Below, one piece after another: positions 63,465-64,000 of a stretch of DNA of 64,000 nt (its first letter is position 1; each line of letters starts with the position of its first letter). Both the position numbers and the translations under genes were made by a program. The notes beneath the pieces are model-generated. The model ran no database searches. It saw nothing but the letters and a program-made list of their open reading frames with translations, and was not told where the DNA came from. The DNA is from Mobula hypostoma. Taxonomy: Eukaryota. The stretch covers positions 40,798,001 through 40,862,000 of the forward strand of contig NC_086097.1 of the NCBI RefSeq assembly GCF_963921235.1, given 5' to 3'.

Positions 63465-64000
63465 AGGAAAGATGCGAAAAGGGCAATGGTATGACAGTCA
63501 TGGGAGATTTCAATGTGGGAAAATCTGGTTGGAAATGGATCCCAAGAGAGTGAGTTGATTGAATGCCTGTGAGATGGCTATTTAGAGCAATTTGTCTTTG
63601 ACCCTAGTAGGGGATCAGCTATTCTGGATTGTGTGTTATGCAATGAACTGAAGGTGATTAGGTGGCTTAAGGTAAAAGAACCCTTAGGACGTAATGATCA
63701 CAATATGACTGAGTTCAACATGAAATTTGATAGGGAGAGAGTAAAGTCTGATGTAGCAGTATTTCAGTGGAGTAAAGGAAATTAGAGTGATATGAGAGAG
63801 GAGTTGGCTAAAGTAAATTGGAAGGAGATGCTGGCAGGGATGACATCAGAGCAGCAATCGTGTGAGTTTCTGGCAAAAATTAGGAAAATGGCAAAACAGT
63901 ACAACCCTGGCTGACAAGGGATGCCAAAGCTAATGTAAAAGCAATAGAGAGAGCATATAACAAAGCAATTATTAGTGGAAAGCCAGATGAAAGGGAAACT
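63465..64000 (+). mobile_element. CR1 endonuclease fragment, right part (runs off the window)
   Basis: EKGNGMTVMGDFN, AILDCVLCN, PLGRNDHNM. Confidence 0.8.

Noticed and set aside
60379..63558. Very long His/Thr/Arg-rich and Cys/Val-rich ORFs (up to 675 aa)
   Set aside because: They are open in multiple frames on both strands because the CA-rich satellite rarely forms stop codons. They are not genes.

Overview
This is non-genic (intronic or intergenic) vertebrate DNA, most likely from a cartilaginous fish. The organism is an inference from the repeat repertoire: HE1/V-SINE-like SINEs, abundant CR1 LINEs, Penelope-like elements (PLEs) and Rex-Babar LINEs, typical of rays and sharks. No host protein-coding gene can be supported; the only candidate is a 33-nt exon at 14496-14528. 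The long ORFs are transposon-derived, antisense shadows of transposon ORFs, or low-complexity artefacts. Main observations: (1) a U_UUA_AAC slippery heptamer lies in frame directly before the ORF1 stop in two different CR1 subfamilies, and in the better-preserved copy its -1 frame is ORF2, suggesting programmed -1 ribosomal frameshifting; (2) minimal type I hammerhead ribozyme motifs occur in the PLE terminal repeats, two with intact catalytic cores; (3) a 3.3-kb CR1 insertion has the geometry of twin priming; (4) a 2.9-kb complex (CA)-rich satellite grew inside a single SINE whose target-site duplication (TSD) is still readable; (5) several repeat-free islands carry enhancer-like motif clusters. 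All boundaries were read by eye and are approximate unless exact motifs are quoted.
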